Positions 21,067 through 32,105 of a DNA stretch of 64,000 nucleotides are shown here, in pieces. The translations under genes and the position numbers were made by a program. The notes beneath the pieces were generated by a model. That model had not been told where the DNA came from. It saw only the letters and a program-made list of their open reading frames with translations, and did not search any database. The stretch lies in the sequence record PQ741806.1; one strand, written 5' to 3'. Every line of letters starts with the position of its first letter. Position 1 is the first letter of the stretch.

Positions 21067-23435
21067 TATACTACTTCCTCAAGTTCGATTTTCATCAGTC
21101 CAGTGGTGTTGGACACAGCGTTTGCTGAGTCACAGTTATACCACTTATTGCCATCCTTGATGGTGTAGGTGTCAACTTGATTTGCATCATCCGCCTTATA
21201 AGTGAAGTTTAAGCTACCAGTAGAACCTTTAGATAGGTTACTGCAACGTAGTTTACCAGTATTGGTTACTTCAGTACCAATATCAGTTTCACGGTTCGGC
21301 CAAGCAGCCACACTTAGAGTGCGGAATACAAATCCACCTAGTACATAAGTACCACCATTTACACTATTAGCTTCAACACCAGCTAAACCTTTTAGAACCA
21401 CACTGTTAAAATCGTAGGTTCCTTTAGGATCATCGTCATGTACTAGTAATGCACGTGTCCATACCTTACCAGTGGCATCAGATTTCCAATCCTCAGTAGC
21501 CCACTTACCGCCAGGCGCATTCATGGCCGGAGCTGCACTTAGTTTCTGAGTAGAGGTTAAAGTAATGACATGACTTTGTACTTGGGTTCCAAAGTTACCA
21601 CCTGAACGAAGGCGAGCAGCAGGGTAGGTAACCGTCGCAGTAGGTGCCGCATTTGCAATAGCCACAACAGCAGTAGCTGTAGCTACACTACCATTAGCTG
21701 CACGTTTAGCAGTAATTAATAGGTTATTAGTGCTGTCGTTATAAGTACCTGACTTATAAGTAACTACCTTAGCAATTTCTGCTTCATTTGCACTGGTTAT
21801 AGTAAGCTGATCATTTGGTGAGGAATAAACCACACTATCAGCATTAGATACCGTATTGGCTACAGTAGCAGTTTCACCTACTTTAATAGCACTTTGACCA
21901 GACGGATAAGTTACTTGACCAATATTAACAACTGGGCGAAGATCGTTTAACTGCATAGTGTTAATTTTATCTTCGGAACCAGCATCACTGGAAGTAAACC
22001 ATTCTGACCATGATCCAGTTGATTTCTGAACACGTACACGGAAACCATATGCCTTAGTAGTATTACCACGATCAGCTACGTAAAGACCAGTAACCTCTAG
22101 TTCTTTAGTAGGTGCAACAGTACCACTACTTTCTTTCAGTGCACCAAAGTCAGCAATTTCGTATGCTACTATATTTTCATCAGTAACAACTTTAATTGCA
22201 ACAAGGTCATCTTCTTTAAGTTCTGTTTGACCTAACGGATAACCGCCAGTAAATACAGCACTAGTAATATTAGCGGGAGTATCGGCTAATACCTTAGTAG
22301 TGAATTTAGCCCCATCGGCGTGTTCTACAACAATATCAGCATAACCTTCAGTAGTAGGTGCACCAAGATCAATATCGGCGGTAGCAATCCACATAGGTGG
22401 ATTAACGCCAGGAGTTACAACTGCATCTACGTTATTGATTTTAACACTAGGTACATAACTAGAATGTCCAGTTATTGCATCAACGATAACCCGAACATTA
22501 CTAGTAGTCGATAGGCATGACTGTACGCTGTGTCCATCAGGGGTACGCACAACACTACCTACGTTCTGACTGGGATCAGTTGCTTGTACATCTTTGACGA
22601 ATACACCGCCACTAATACCTTCGTTTTTAGGAAGGTTCTTAAGATCAACAATTGTTTCATCAACGCCTTCAACAATACGGATATTGCCGTCATTCTTGAA
22701 TGCAATGTAATCAGTTAAACTACCAATCTGGAATTCACCATTGTCATAAATACGAATTTCAGACTCAGGTAATTCGGGTAATGCACCTTGCGTAGTGGGT
22801 GCAGAGGCGTTCTTTAGATAAGAATAACCTTCTGCCTCCATACGACCTTGTTCCATCATACGCTGAGGTACTTTATCACCAGCAGTTAAGTCGTCTTGAT
22901 TTAGACGCTTATCAAACAGGAAAGCAAAGTTATGGAAAGCAGCGTTGGATGATAATCCACCATTCTTACCAGTTACACGCAGTACATCTTTAACTGTATA
23001 GCCTTGTTGATTTAAGAGTGTCTGGAGTAGTTCAGCAGTCATGGTTGCATGCAGTGATGTTAACCATTCCTGTTCAGTACCTTGGAAACCATTTTCCACA
23101 GCTACTTCATATGCACTCTTACCAGCATCACCTTTAAGGGATGCTATAAACTCTTCTTCAGTACCAACGAAGCCTAGATCGACTGCGATTTGATAAGAAG
23201 ATTTACCTTTAAGCGAATCAAGCCATTCGGTTTCAGTTCCCTGGAAACCATTTTTAACGGCAATCTCGTACGCACTAAGACCGGGTGCCCCAGTCTGTAG
23301 TTTTGACAGCAGAAACTTATAGTTATCGACTTGACCAGCTGCATCGGTATGAATTAATTCAATATACTCGCTATCATTAAGAGTAGCTAGATCCGGCAGT
23401 TGACTGATCTTGCCTTTGTCTGTAGCATTTGCCAT
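21066..23435 (-). CDS. Fibre/virion protein (gp145-like) with SAYEIAVxNGFxGTExEWL repeats
   Basis: 789 aa; three tandem repeats, N-terminal KISQLP motif, Ig-like C-terminal half; TAATG coupling to gp146. Confidence 0.75.
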   Translation of the reverse strand: MANATDKGKISQLPDLATLNDSEYIELIHTDAAGQVDNYKFLLSKLQTGAPGLSAYEIAVKNGFQGTETEWLDSLKGKSSYQIAVDLGFVGTEEEFIASLKGDAGKSAYEVAVENGFQGTEQEWLTSLHATMTAELLQTLLNQQGYTVKDVLRVTGKNGGLSSNAAFHNFAFLFDKRLNQDDLTAGDKVPQRMMEQGRMEAEGYSYLKNASAPTTQGALPELPESEIRIYDNGEFQIGSLTDYIAFKNDGNIRIVEGVDETIVDLKNLPKNEGISGGVFVKDVQATDPSQNVGSVVRTPDGHSVQSCLSTTSNVRVIVDAITGHSSYVPSVKINNVDAVVTPGVNPPMWIATADIDLGAPTTEGYADIVVEHADGAKFTTKVLADTPANITSAVFTGGYPLGQTELKEDDLVAIKVVTDENIVAYEIADFGALKESSGTVAPTKELEVTGLYVADRGNTTKAYGFRVRVQKSTGSWSEWFTSSDAGSEDKINTMQLNDLRPVVNIGQVTYPSGQSAIKVGETATVANTVSNADSVVYSSPNDQLTITSANEAEIAKVVTYKSGTYNDSTNNLLITAKRAANGSVATATAVVAIANAAPTATVTYPAARLRSGGNFGTQVQSHVITLTSTQKLSAAPAMNAPGGKWATEDWKSDATGKVWTRALLVHDDDPKGTYDFNSVVLKGLAGVEANSVNGGTYVLGGFVFRTLSVAAWPNRETDIGTEVTNTGKLRCSNLSKGSTGSLNFTYKADDANQVDTYTIKDGNKWYNCDSANAVSNTTGLMKIELEEVV

Positions 23436-23537
23436 TTTTATTTCCTTGCTGTATAAGAAACACTAACATGTTAGTCTTTCGAAGAAGACTCATACAGTAA
23501 TGTACTATTGCCAATGAGTAATATTTCAACAACATAA

Positions 23538-23557
23538 GAGAGTCCCGAAGGACTCTC
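23538..23557 (-). terminator. Hairpin terminator after the endolysin gene
   Basis: gagagtcc-cgaa-ggactctc with cataa flank. Confidence 0.7.
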
Positions 23558-23640
23558 AAAAAGTTACATTAGCAAAAGATGTGGTTTATCATGAGGGGAA
23601 GTTTCACATGATACCATAGACTCCATTCTATTGCTACATC

Positions 23641-24462
<822 letters not shown>

Positions 24463-24484
24463 TTAGGTTCATTGAGGGTATTAC

Positions 24485-25018
24485 TTAACTTTCTAGATAA
24501 CGGATTTGACCATTTTCTAGATAACGTGCTGCGCCATTCTCTAATAGCCGGATAGTATCTGATGTATCATCAATACGTTGAATTAGTATATTACATTCGC
24601 CATAGTAAGCATAACTACTCGACATAGCTACTATCGTGTATGGAACAACATCCGTAGTTGCATTGATTGGTGTTGTATCAAATGAAACATCATCTGGTCC
24701 AAGCTTCCAACCCCGTGAACGGTTGATTTCTTCAGCAATTGCTTTAGGTGTTAAAGTACCAACTATCTTAAGGATAGATCCTTCACCAATAGCTCGTGGA
24801 TCAGCAAAATCTAACCGACGGTAAGTTAACATGTACTTAATGTCAGTAGTAATGTCGATCATTTCAATAAATGTACGTCCAGGCTCAATCGTGGTTGGAC
24901 TAAAAAACATATCTTCAAATGTAACTGTTTCTGGTTTGAAGTTTATTTTTAAATCATCCCGCGCAAGTTTTACTAGCGCGTCCCTCGATGCCATGTCATA
25001 CGGAAAGATATCCTGCAT
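24485..25018 (-). CDS. Virion protein (gp143-like), YxRLD domain plus C-terminal RxLExG triple repeat
   Basis: 177 aa; TYRRLDF; ends IRLLENGAARYLENGQIRYLES. Confidence 0.65.
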   Translation of the reverse strand: MQDIFPYDMASRDALVKLARDDLKINFKPETVTFEDMFFSPTTIEPGRTFIEMIDITTDIKYMLTYRRLDFADPRAIGEGSILKIVGTLTPKAIAEEINRSRGWKLGPDDVSFDTTPINATTDVVPYTIVAMSSSYAYYGECNILIQRIDDTSDTIRLLENGAARYLENGQIRYLES

Positions 25019-25065
25019 GTCAAACCTCTATAGTGGTAAAATGTTTAATCCACATAGCATTATAA

Positions 25066-25090
25066 AGCCTTCCTCTTGAAGAGGAAGGCT
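25066..25090 (-). terminator. Hairpin terminator
   Basis: agccttcctc-ttgaa-gaggaaggct. Confidence 0.7.
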
Positions 25091-25100
25091 ATTATAGTTT

Positions 25101-25496
25101 TTATTGCATAAGCATCTTTATTAATTCAAAGGTACCTTGCACAATAGTCTTTAACACATTGGCACTTTCTTCTGACATAGGTGCACCAGATAAAACTACC
25201 ATAGTAGATACTGATGCCCCAATAAGAGTAACACCACCAGCTAATACTAATACCGCATTACGGTAAGAATCTTTAGCCTTCACTTCAGCAATTTCCCGGC
25301 TGAGAATTTTATATTGAAGATCTGAATCAGTAATAGCATAAATTCGACTAAGTACTTCTTCACCAGTTATACTTAGATTTATACGTTGTTCCTTTTCCAA
25401 TACGCTATTTAAATAGGTACGTATCTTCTTTCCATAGTCTTTAGAAGAAGATAAAGGATTACCATCGATCTCAATCAGAACGTCCTCTAGGGTCAT
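25101..25496 (-). CDS. Membrane protein, holin candidate
   Basis: Start re-assigned to ATG 25496 (RBS ggag); C-terminal hydrophobic segment plus amphipathic helix; lies between the spanins and the endolysin. Confidence 0.45.
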   Translation of the reverse strand: MTLEDVLIEIDGNPLSSSKDYGKKIRTYLNSVLEKEQRINLSITGEEVLSRIYAITDSDLQYKILSREIAEVKAKDSYRNAVLVLAGGVTLIGASVSTMVVLSGAPMSEESANVLKTIVQGTFELIKMLMQ

Positions 25497-25833
25497 GACT
25501 ATTCTCCAAATTACGTTGACGTTCGTTCCATTCACGCAATTTGTCTACTTGGATATTACATAGTCCAAGTGCATCAGTTTGTAAAAGCCAATGTTCGGTC
25601 ATAAGTAAGAAACGTGCTTCATTCTCATCAGTAACCCCAACAGCTTTATATCTATCTAATGCATTGATGATCTCATTAGCTGTAGGTGGGGCTTCTACAT
25701 CACAAGGGAGAAGCAAACTACTTGGGATTGCAACTGGTATTTTCACGGGCGGCGGCACAGTAGTGCTCGTACATCCGTTTAGCAATAACATTAATAGACT
25801 TATTAATGCTATCTTTTTTTGTGTCAGTTTCAT
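25471..25833 (-). CDS. o-spanin-like lipoprotein
   Basis: Start re-assigned to ATG 25833: MKLTQKKIALISLLMLLLNG-C lipobox, Pro-rich PPPVKIP..LLLPC; overlaps the i-spanin 3' end by 116 nt. Confidence 0.75.
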   Translation of the reverse strand: MKLTQKKIALISLLMLLLNGCTSTTVPPPVKIPVAIPSSLLLPCDVEAPPTANEIINALDRYKAVGVTDENEARFLLMTEHWLLQTDALGLCNIQVDKLREWNERQRNLENSHDPRGRSD

Positions 25834-26224
25834 GTTTAATCTCAGTAGTGGTACTTTCCCCATTAGTTGTTTTAGCTTTAACCTCAGGCCATACAGGGGG
25901 AGTATATCCACGACCTGATAAACTAATGTACTCATCAATCACCTCAGTGCGTGATTGCGCCTGCTCTTTTTGTATCTCTTTCTTTTTAGTAATTAGTTCA
26001 GCTTGAATTTTATCGGAGATACGGTCTGATTCAATCCTAACCTTTTCTGCCGCTTCATAAGATTTAATTTTTCCAATTAAATCTGTAGAGCGAACAAGTT
26101 CCGTCTCATAACTATTTTTGTAATATATGATACCAATTAAGGCACCTATCAGAATAACTAATAGTAACCATATATGCAATGGCACACTACCAATTATTTT
26201 TCGTATACCTGCTAATAGGAACAT
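25718..26224 (-). CDS. i-spanin-like inner-membrane protein
   Basis: N-terminal TM (IWLLLVILIGALIGIIYY), periplasmic coiled coil, C-terminal Cys pair. Confidence 0.72.
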   Translation of the reverse strand: MFLLAGIRKIIGSVPLHIWLLLVILIGALIGIIYYKNSYETELVRSTDLIGKIKSYEAAEKVRIESDRISDKIQAELITKKKEIQKEQAQSRTEVIDEYISLSGRGYTPPVWPEVKAKTTNGESTTTEIKHETDTKKDSINKSINVIAKRMYEHYCAAARENTSCNPK

Positions 26225-26239
26225 TGTTACCTCGAATTG

Positions 26240-26803
26240 TTAAACAATCCTAGTAAGGTAGTAGTAAGCTATTGCACAAGCATCCATGGAGTGGTCATCT
26301 AAACTATCTATGTCGATGTTCCATGTGATATCAGTACGAGAGCGCATTGCTTCTTTAACATCGTCTTTAGTAGTGCCCTTTACTTTTTTCATACCAGCAT
26401 TGATCTTAACTGTGGTCGGATCAATCATGTATAAAGGTATAAATCTATCATACTCGTATAATGCTCTATGTACATAGGTTACACATTCTACAAGTACAGC
26501 GAAGCTTTGGGCAAACTTACCAAGATAGTTAGATTCTACAATCACTGCATGTGGCTTTTCTGTATGCAGTATATTTAGTACCACATCACTCATTTGCTGC
26601 ATTCTAGTGAATCTACTACCATGAACCTCGGAAATGGCAGCATATGCCGGATTTGTATCTTTAAGGTGGCAAGTAAATGCATTACGTACCACCTTATTAC
26701 TTCCATCCAACTTATCTTCCAGAATAGCTATGCCGAGGTTTTGTGAACCAGGGTCTAATGCTAGTACCCGAAATGGCTCATCACTCGCTGGAAGCTTAAG
26801 CAT
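26240..26803 (-). CDS. ruvC: RuvC-like Holliday junction resolvase (gp140-like)
   Basis: LALDPGS..LG, VIVES, DDHSMDACAIA acidic tetrad. Confidence 0.88.
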   Translation of the reverse strand: MLKLPASDEPFRVLALDPGSQNLGIAILEDKLDGSNKVVRNAFTCHLKDTNPAYAAISEVHGSRFTRMQQMSDVVLNILHTEKPHAVIVESNYLGKFAQSFAVLVECVTYVHRALYEYDRFIPLYMIDPTTVKINAGMKKVKGTTKDDVKEAMRSRTDITWNIDIDSLDDHSMDACAIAYYYLTRIV

Positions 26804-26805
26804 AT

Positions 26806-27732
<927 letters not shown>

Positions 27733-27768
27733 TTAGTACACTGTACTATTGAGTAAATTTGTAAGAGT

Positions 27769-27788
27769 TCCCCTCCACATGGAGGGGA
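27769..27788 (-). terminator. Hairpin terminator
   Basis: tcccctcc-acat-ggagggga with tttatgctgtta flank. Confidence 0.7.
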
Positions 27789-27797
27789 TTTATGCTG

Positions 27798-28286
27798 TTA
27801 AGCAAATTTTTCAGGAGCACCACGTACCATTACACAGATCCATGATTGTCCATTATGGGAACGTTTTACTTCATGTAATTGGGATAGATGAAATACTAAT
27901 CCTTCACCTTTTCCAATTAATAGTTCTTCGCCATCTAAAATGAACTTAGCATCAGGTCCAATATTCCAAGCAAGAATAGTACCGGACTCGGGTTTATCTA
28001 CCCAATAATTCATCTCATCTAGAAATCCATCTATTTTGGGGAAATCTAAAAACCATACTTGTAATGCTTTGTTAAATAGTTCTTCGCCTAAAATTGGTTT
28101 AATTTCTTTACGCTGTTTAGCAGTCCAATTAAACCATTTTGAAGTATTATAAACACTACATGCTTTAAGGCCATTAGTGCCAACTCGCATACGGTGGCCA
28201 TATGAGTCTCTAAATGAAACTTCACCTTTAAGCTTTGTTAATGTTTTTAGTTCTGTCTTAGATAGAGTCTTAAGTTTAATTGCCAT
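27798..28286 (-). CDS. Degenerate double-stranded beta-helix (2OG-oxygenase-like) protein
   Basis: ...FILDGEELLIGKGEGLVFHLSQLHEVK... keeps the distal His but lacks HxD. Confidence 0.5.
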   Translation of the reverse strand: MAIKLKTLSKTELKTLTKLKGEVSFRDSYGHRMRVGTNGLKACSVYNTSKWFNWTAKQRKEIKPILGEELFNKALQVWFLDFPKIDGFLDEMNYWVDKPESGTILAWNIGPDAKFILDGEELLIGKGEGLVFHLSQLHEVKRSHNGQSWICVMVRGAPEKFA

Positions 28287-28294
28287 GTTGTACC

Positions 28295-28855
28295 CTACTC
28301 GTAGAGATATATAAGGACGTATCTTTTATTTTTAACTGGAGGGACCTCATGTGGCTCTGAACGGATTGGAAAAATAGTAGCCCTACCTGGTACATCCTGA
28401 TAAAACTCACCATTGATCGTTATACCATCGCCATTGTCATTTAATGCAATAACCATGTTGTAACGATAAACAGCTTGGTCGATGTGCTCAGGCATACCTG
28501 TACCAATTTCATATCGATTGATTAGTACTTCGCCTAACCAAGCACCTTCTACCTTAGGTGCAATATGAAATAGTAATTCCCGTAATTCTACTGGCATTTG
28601 GTTATGACCTAAAAACCAATAATCACATTCAGTGATACCTTTGGTTGGGATACTATTAATTTTTTTCCGATTAAACCACCAGGAATCTTCCAGTGTATCC
28701 AGATAAGATACAAGGTCAGCTGCAAATTCAGCTGAAAACACGTCCTTGGTCGATCTTTCGTGGGCCGATAAGCTCATGCAGGCCACCTGCATATCGATGT
28801 GCTTTCTCAGCGTCGAGATCTTCCCTGGATTTATAGATAACGTCTGGGCTCTCAA
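28295..28855 (-). CDS. 2OG-Fe(II) dioxygenase superfamily protein
   Basis: INRYEIGTGMPEHID (HxD), PHEVPPV (distal His), KRYVLI (2OG-binding Arg); start uncertain. Confidence 0.75.
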   Translation of the reverse strand: MRAQTLSINPGKISTLRKHIDMQVACMSLSAHERSTKDVFSAEFAADLVSYLDTLEDSWWFNRKKINSIPTKGITECDYWFLGHNQMPVELRELLFHIAPKVEGAWLGEVLINRYEIGTGMPEHIDQAVYRYNMVIALNDNGDGITINGEFYQDVPGRATIFPIRSEPHEVPPVKNKRYVLIYLYE

Positions 28856-29330
28856 TTAGGGCCTCCTTATGCGCGCGATTAGTTCGTTTAACAAGATCAA
28901 TATAATCAAGCATTTCTTCTAGTTCATCTAACTCTTGACCATATTTTTCAGCTAGCTGTTTAATTGCACGTGCAAGGATATTAATTTGCTCAGTCACTGG
29001 ATAGCGTTCAGTAATTTTGTAGGCCACTTTACTATTTAAGTGATCTTCAGTAATCACTTGTGGCGCTTCTTCTTTAGGAACAATCTTCCAATCGGAAAGT
29101 GTAGGTTGTTTACCAGGTGTATTACTTACGACTACATCATAAGTACCCATTTCGGCTTCAACAAAAATGGTGTGCTCACGTGACTTAGCATCGAATGCAT
29201 CTAAAGGTAGATAGCCTACGCTTTGTAGGAATACCTCAGAAGTACGGTTAAACATTAATAGTACTTTTACTTTATCTTCAGTAGGCGCAGTAGCTAAAGA
29301 TAGTTCTTGGAGTGATAACGGATTGTTCAT
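28728..29330 (-). CDS. Tail-fibre-assembly/chaperone-like protein (gp136-like)
   Basis: Start re-assigned to ATG 29330 (TAATG overlap); ITERYPVTEQINIL pattern; follows the fibre genes. Confidence 0.5.
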   Translation of the reverse strand: MNNPLSLQELSLATAPTEDKVKVLLMFNRTSEVFLQSVGYLPLDAFDAKSREHTIFVEAEMGTYDVVVSNTPGKQPTLSDWKIVPKEEAPQVITEDHLNSKVAYKITERYPVTEQINILARAIKQLAEKYGQELDELEEMLDYIDLVKRTNRAHKEALIESPDVIYKSREDLDAEKAHRYAGGLHELIGPRKIDQGRVFS

Positions 29331-30721
29331 TATACAAGTGCTCCAGCTCGAATCATCCAACGCCATGTACCATTATTTCTAATTGCTACATATTGCTGGT
29401 AATAATAGGCTTCAAAGGGGGTATTAGTTCTAACACCTACAACAGCGTAAGTGCCTTCAGGATATTTGGTATTATCGGTAAACATCGTATTTAACGTGTT
29501 TAATGCTTCTGCTTCACTATTTACCTGGCCTAAGGTAATGGCTTTAATCTTATCTTTGTTCCACTCTTTAAAAGCTTCAACCCAGTCTTGCCAAGTACCA
29601 TCGCTTGCTAGATAATATCTTTCAGGGTCATTTAATATTGATGCATTACCTTTACCTAATGCACCCCATTTAAATACACCGCTAGTTACTTCTTCAGCTG
29701 GAATATCTTTTCGAACATCATTCCAGAAATTCTGATATACCTTACCTGTTCCAGCAACTGGATAACCCTGACTATTGGTAGTAGCACCAATAGTAGTTGC
29801 GTTAGCTGCCTGTTCATTGATACCTAACAATGGAGCTATTTTAGAATCCATTACTGGTTTGGTATATGATCCAACTTGTTCAGCTGTAACAACATGCGGG
29901 TTATTAAAGTTTTTAATATGCGCTGCAAGTTTAGCTAATGTATCGATATTAAGAATACGATAAATACCACCAATTGGCATGTATTTATTATTTACATTTC
30001 TATTAACTGACTCAGCTTCGGTAGCAAAACCCCAGTTAGATATCTTATCAAGCGGTGGAATTAACTTGAATCGATCATCGGCATGCGGATTATTATAATC
30101 AGTTAAGTGTGCTGTAACTCGATCTCTATAATCGTCCACAGCAGTTTTTGCATCACTGAGATAAGCTTTATAATAATCATCAGCAGCATTATCCATAGCA
30201 CTTCTACCGACCCGATAAGCGTGTGCTATTCGGTTTAATTCGGTTACCATTGTATCGGTGCCATAAATCTGCCAATATTCATGACCATGGGGTGCAGGCG
30301 GATATGCATCGGGTTTACCAATAATATCATCCCAAGTGAAACTTAATTCATCTAATTCAAGTTTATCAAAAACAGCTTTAAGTTCTAATGCTGAAATACT
30401 AAAGAAACCACCAACTGCTCTATATGTAACTTGGACATTAGGACTAACTTTAGGATCAGTTACTACAACAATACCCATTACTTCTAAACCAGTCATTTCA
30501 GATAACTGTGAATAAAGGTAGGTTGTTTTATATTGATCTTTATTTAAAGATAAACCAGTCTTCTTATCACGTAGATTAAAGTCCTTCGTATAGAAACCAC
30601 CATGTGTACATATCAGTACACGGTGCGTTTTATTAGCGACTTGAATGAGTGTGTGTTCCTCATCTACAATGTAATTAGAAGCTAATTTAGCTTTTAGATC
30701 TAATGGTAAAAAAGTAATCAT
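29330..30721 (-). CDS. Tail fibre family protein (gp135-like)
   Basis: Start at ATG 30721 (TAATG overlap); NPH repeats; N-terminal domain shared with gp131/133/134. Confidence 0.8.
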   Translation of the reverse strand: MITFLPLDLKAKLASNYIVDEEHTLIQVANKTHRVLICTHGGFYTKDFNLRDKKTGLSLNKDQYKTTYLYSQLSEMTGLEVMGIVVVTDPKVSPNVQVTYRAVGGFFSISALELKAVFDKLELDELSFTWDDIIGKPDAYPPAPHGHEYWQIYGTDTMVTELNRIAHAYRVGRSAMDNAADDYYKAYLSDAKTAVDDYRDRVTAHLTDYNNPHADDRFKLIPPLDKISNWGFATEAESVNRNVNNKYMPIGGIYRILNIDTLAKLAAHIKNFNNPHVVTAEQVGSYTKPVMDSKIAPLLGINEQAANATTIGATTNSQGYPVAGTGKVYQNFWNDVRKDIPAEEVTSGVFKWGALGKGNASILNDPERYYLASDGTWQDWVEAFKEWNKDKIKAITLGQVNSEAEALNTLNTMFTDNTKYPEGTYAVVGVRTNTPFEAYYYQQYVAIRNNGTWRWMIRAGALV

Positions 30722-32094
30722 TATGCCGGTTCTCCTATATTGGTCCACGTTGATCCCACTTTACGTAAGAATAAAGTATTCCTATAGGAAGTAGCTGTTG
30801 TACCATTACCATGCCCAATAACGAATTCTTGCTCGTAATGGCAGATAGCTAGTGAACCAGGCCACCATTGTTCAGGATCTGAGAAGTATGTGTTATGGAA
30901 AGCAATTGCTTCTTGGATAGACTTGAAGTTAGTATTGTTCCAGTGAACCATCGTTCCTGTTTTCTGGAAACGATTGAATATAAATCCAAAGTGTGTCCAT
31001 TGGCCATTAGGCATTAATGTCCAATCACGACCTGGCCAAGTCACTGAGTTACCGATCCGACCAGGTGCTAGCCGACCAGTCGTCAATACGCTTAAAGGCA
31101 TTTTAGCACGTACCGTTTCACCCATGCTATAAACATCTTGACCAAATAATAGTTTAGATGTATTAGCTGTTTTACCTTTATCTAATTTTTGATTTAGTAA
31201 AATATTAGCTTGGGTAACAGTATATGTATTTAATTGTTCAGCTGTTACTCTGTGTGGGTTAGTGGTAACATCGTTAACGTGGGCTAAATACTGTACTGTA
31301 TAATTGGTATCAACAGATAACTTCATTGACCATGGCGTAGCATAGACATTCATGATAGCGCCATTTGGTTGTTTGGCTTGTGTTTCAGTTGCAATACCAG
31401 CGTTATAAACATTACCTAATGCCACTTGCCCTTTACGTGTTTGGTGTGGGTTAGTGGTGGTATCACTGATGTGTGTAGTAAGCCGTGCTTCAATTGTACT
31501 CAGATCAGCTTCTATTAGACTTAACTGATATTTAAACTCATCTAAAATGGAGTCATATGAGTCAGATGAACTTTTCTTTAATAAGTCAGTTATTTCTTTT
31601 AACTTAACAACTCTAGGTGTAAAACCATAAAGTTCCCAATAGGCATGCATATGTCCATTAGGTTTGAATTGGTCAGGAATATCTAAGATATTAGACCAAT
31701 GTGGTTTACGGGTATTATTTAAAAGAGCATTAGCATGCTCAGAAATGGAAGGCGCAAGGTTACAGTATATACCACCGCACATCTGAGCATCAATGTAAAT
31801 ATCCTCGTGGACATCTTGTTTTGTAATGACAATTACTGAACAAGCTTCAAGTCCAGTCTTCTCGATTACCTCCGGATTAATACCAGTGCACTGATAATCC
31901 ATCTCTGGATTTAACTCATTTTGCCTACCATCTCTGATAACCATTCCTTTAGTATAAAAGTAACCCTTATCCATCACGATGATGCGATAGGGGAATCCTT
32001 TCTGTTTTGCTAGTGAATGGTATTCACCCTTTGTTCGGTTACTATAACTCTCTCCAGTTTCATCAAATGGAAGAGGTAAAAGTAATGGATTCAT
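30721..32094 (-). CDS. Tail fibre family protein (gp134-like)
   Basis: LPFDETG N-terminus; HISDTTTNPH repeats. Confidence 0.8.
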   Translation of the reverse strand: MNPLLLPLPFDETGESYSNRTKGEYHSLAKQKGFPYRIIVMDKGYFYTKGMVIRDGRQNELNPEMDYQCTGINPEVIEKTGLEACSVIVITKQDVHEDIYIDAQMCGGIYCNLAPSISEHANALLNNTRKPHWSNILDIPDQFKPNGHMHAYWELYGFTPRVVKLKEITDLLKKSSSDSYDSILDEFKYQLSLIEADLSTIEARLTTHISDTTTNPHQTRKGQVALGNVYNAGIATETQAKQPNGAIMNVYATPWSMKLSVDTNYTVQYLAHVNDVTTNPHRVTAEQLNTYTVTQANILLNQKLDKGKTANTSKLLFGQDVYSMGETVRAKMPLSVLTTGRLAPGRIGNSVTWPGRDWTLMPNGQWTHFGFIFNRFQKTGTMVHWNNTNFKSIQEAIAFHNTYFSDPEQWWPGSLAICHYEQEFVIGHGNGTTATSYRNTLFLRKVGSTWTNIGEPA

Positions 32095-32105
32095 CTAAAC
32101 TATCC

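Noticed and set aside
25541-25918. 125-aa plus-strand ORF over the spanin overlap
   Set aside because: Antisense shadow of the double-coded spanin region
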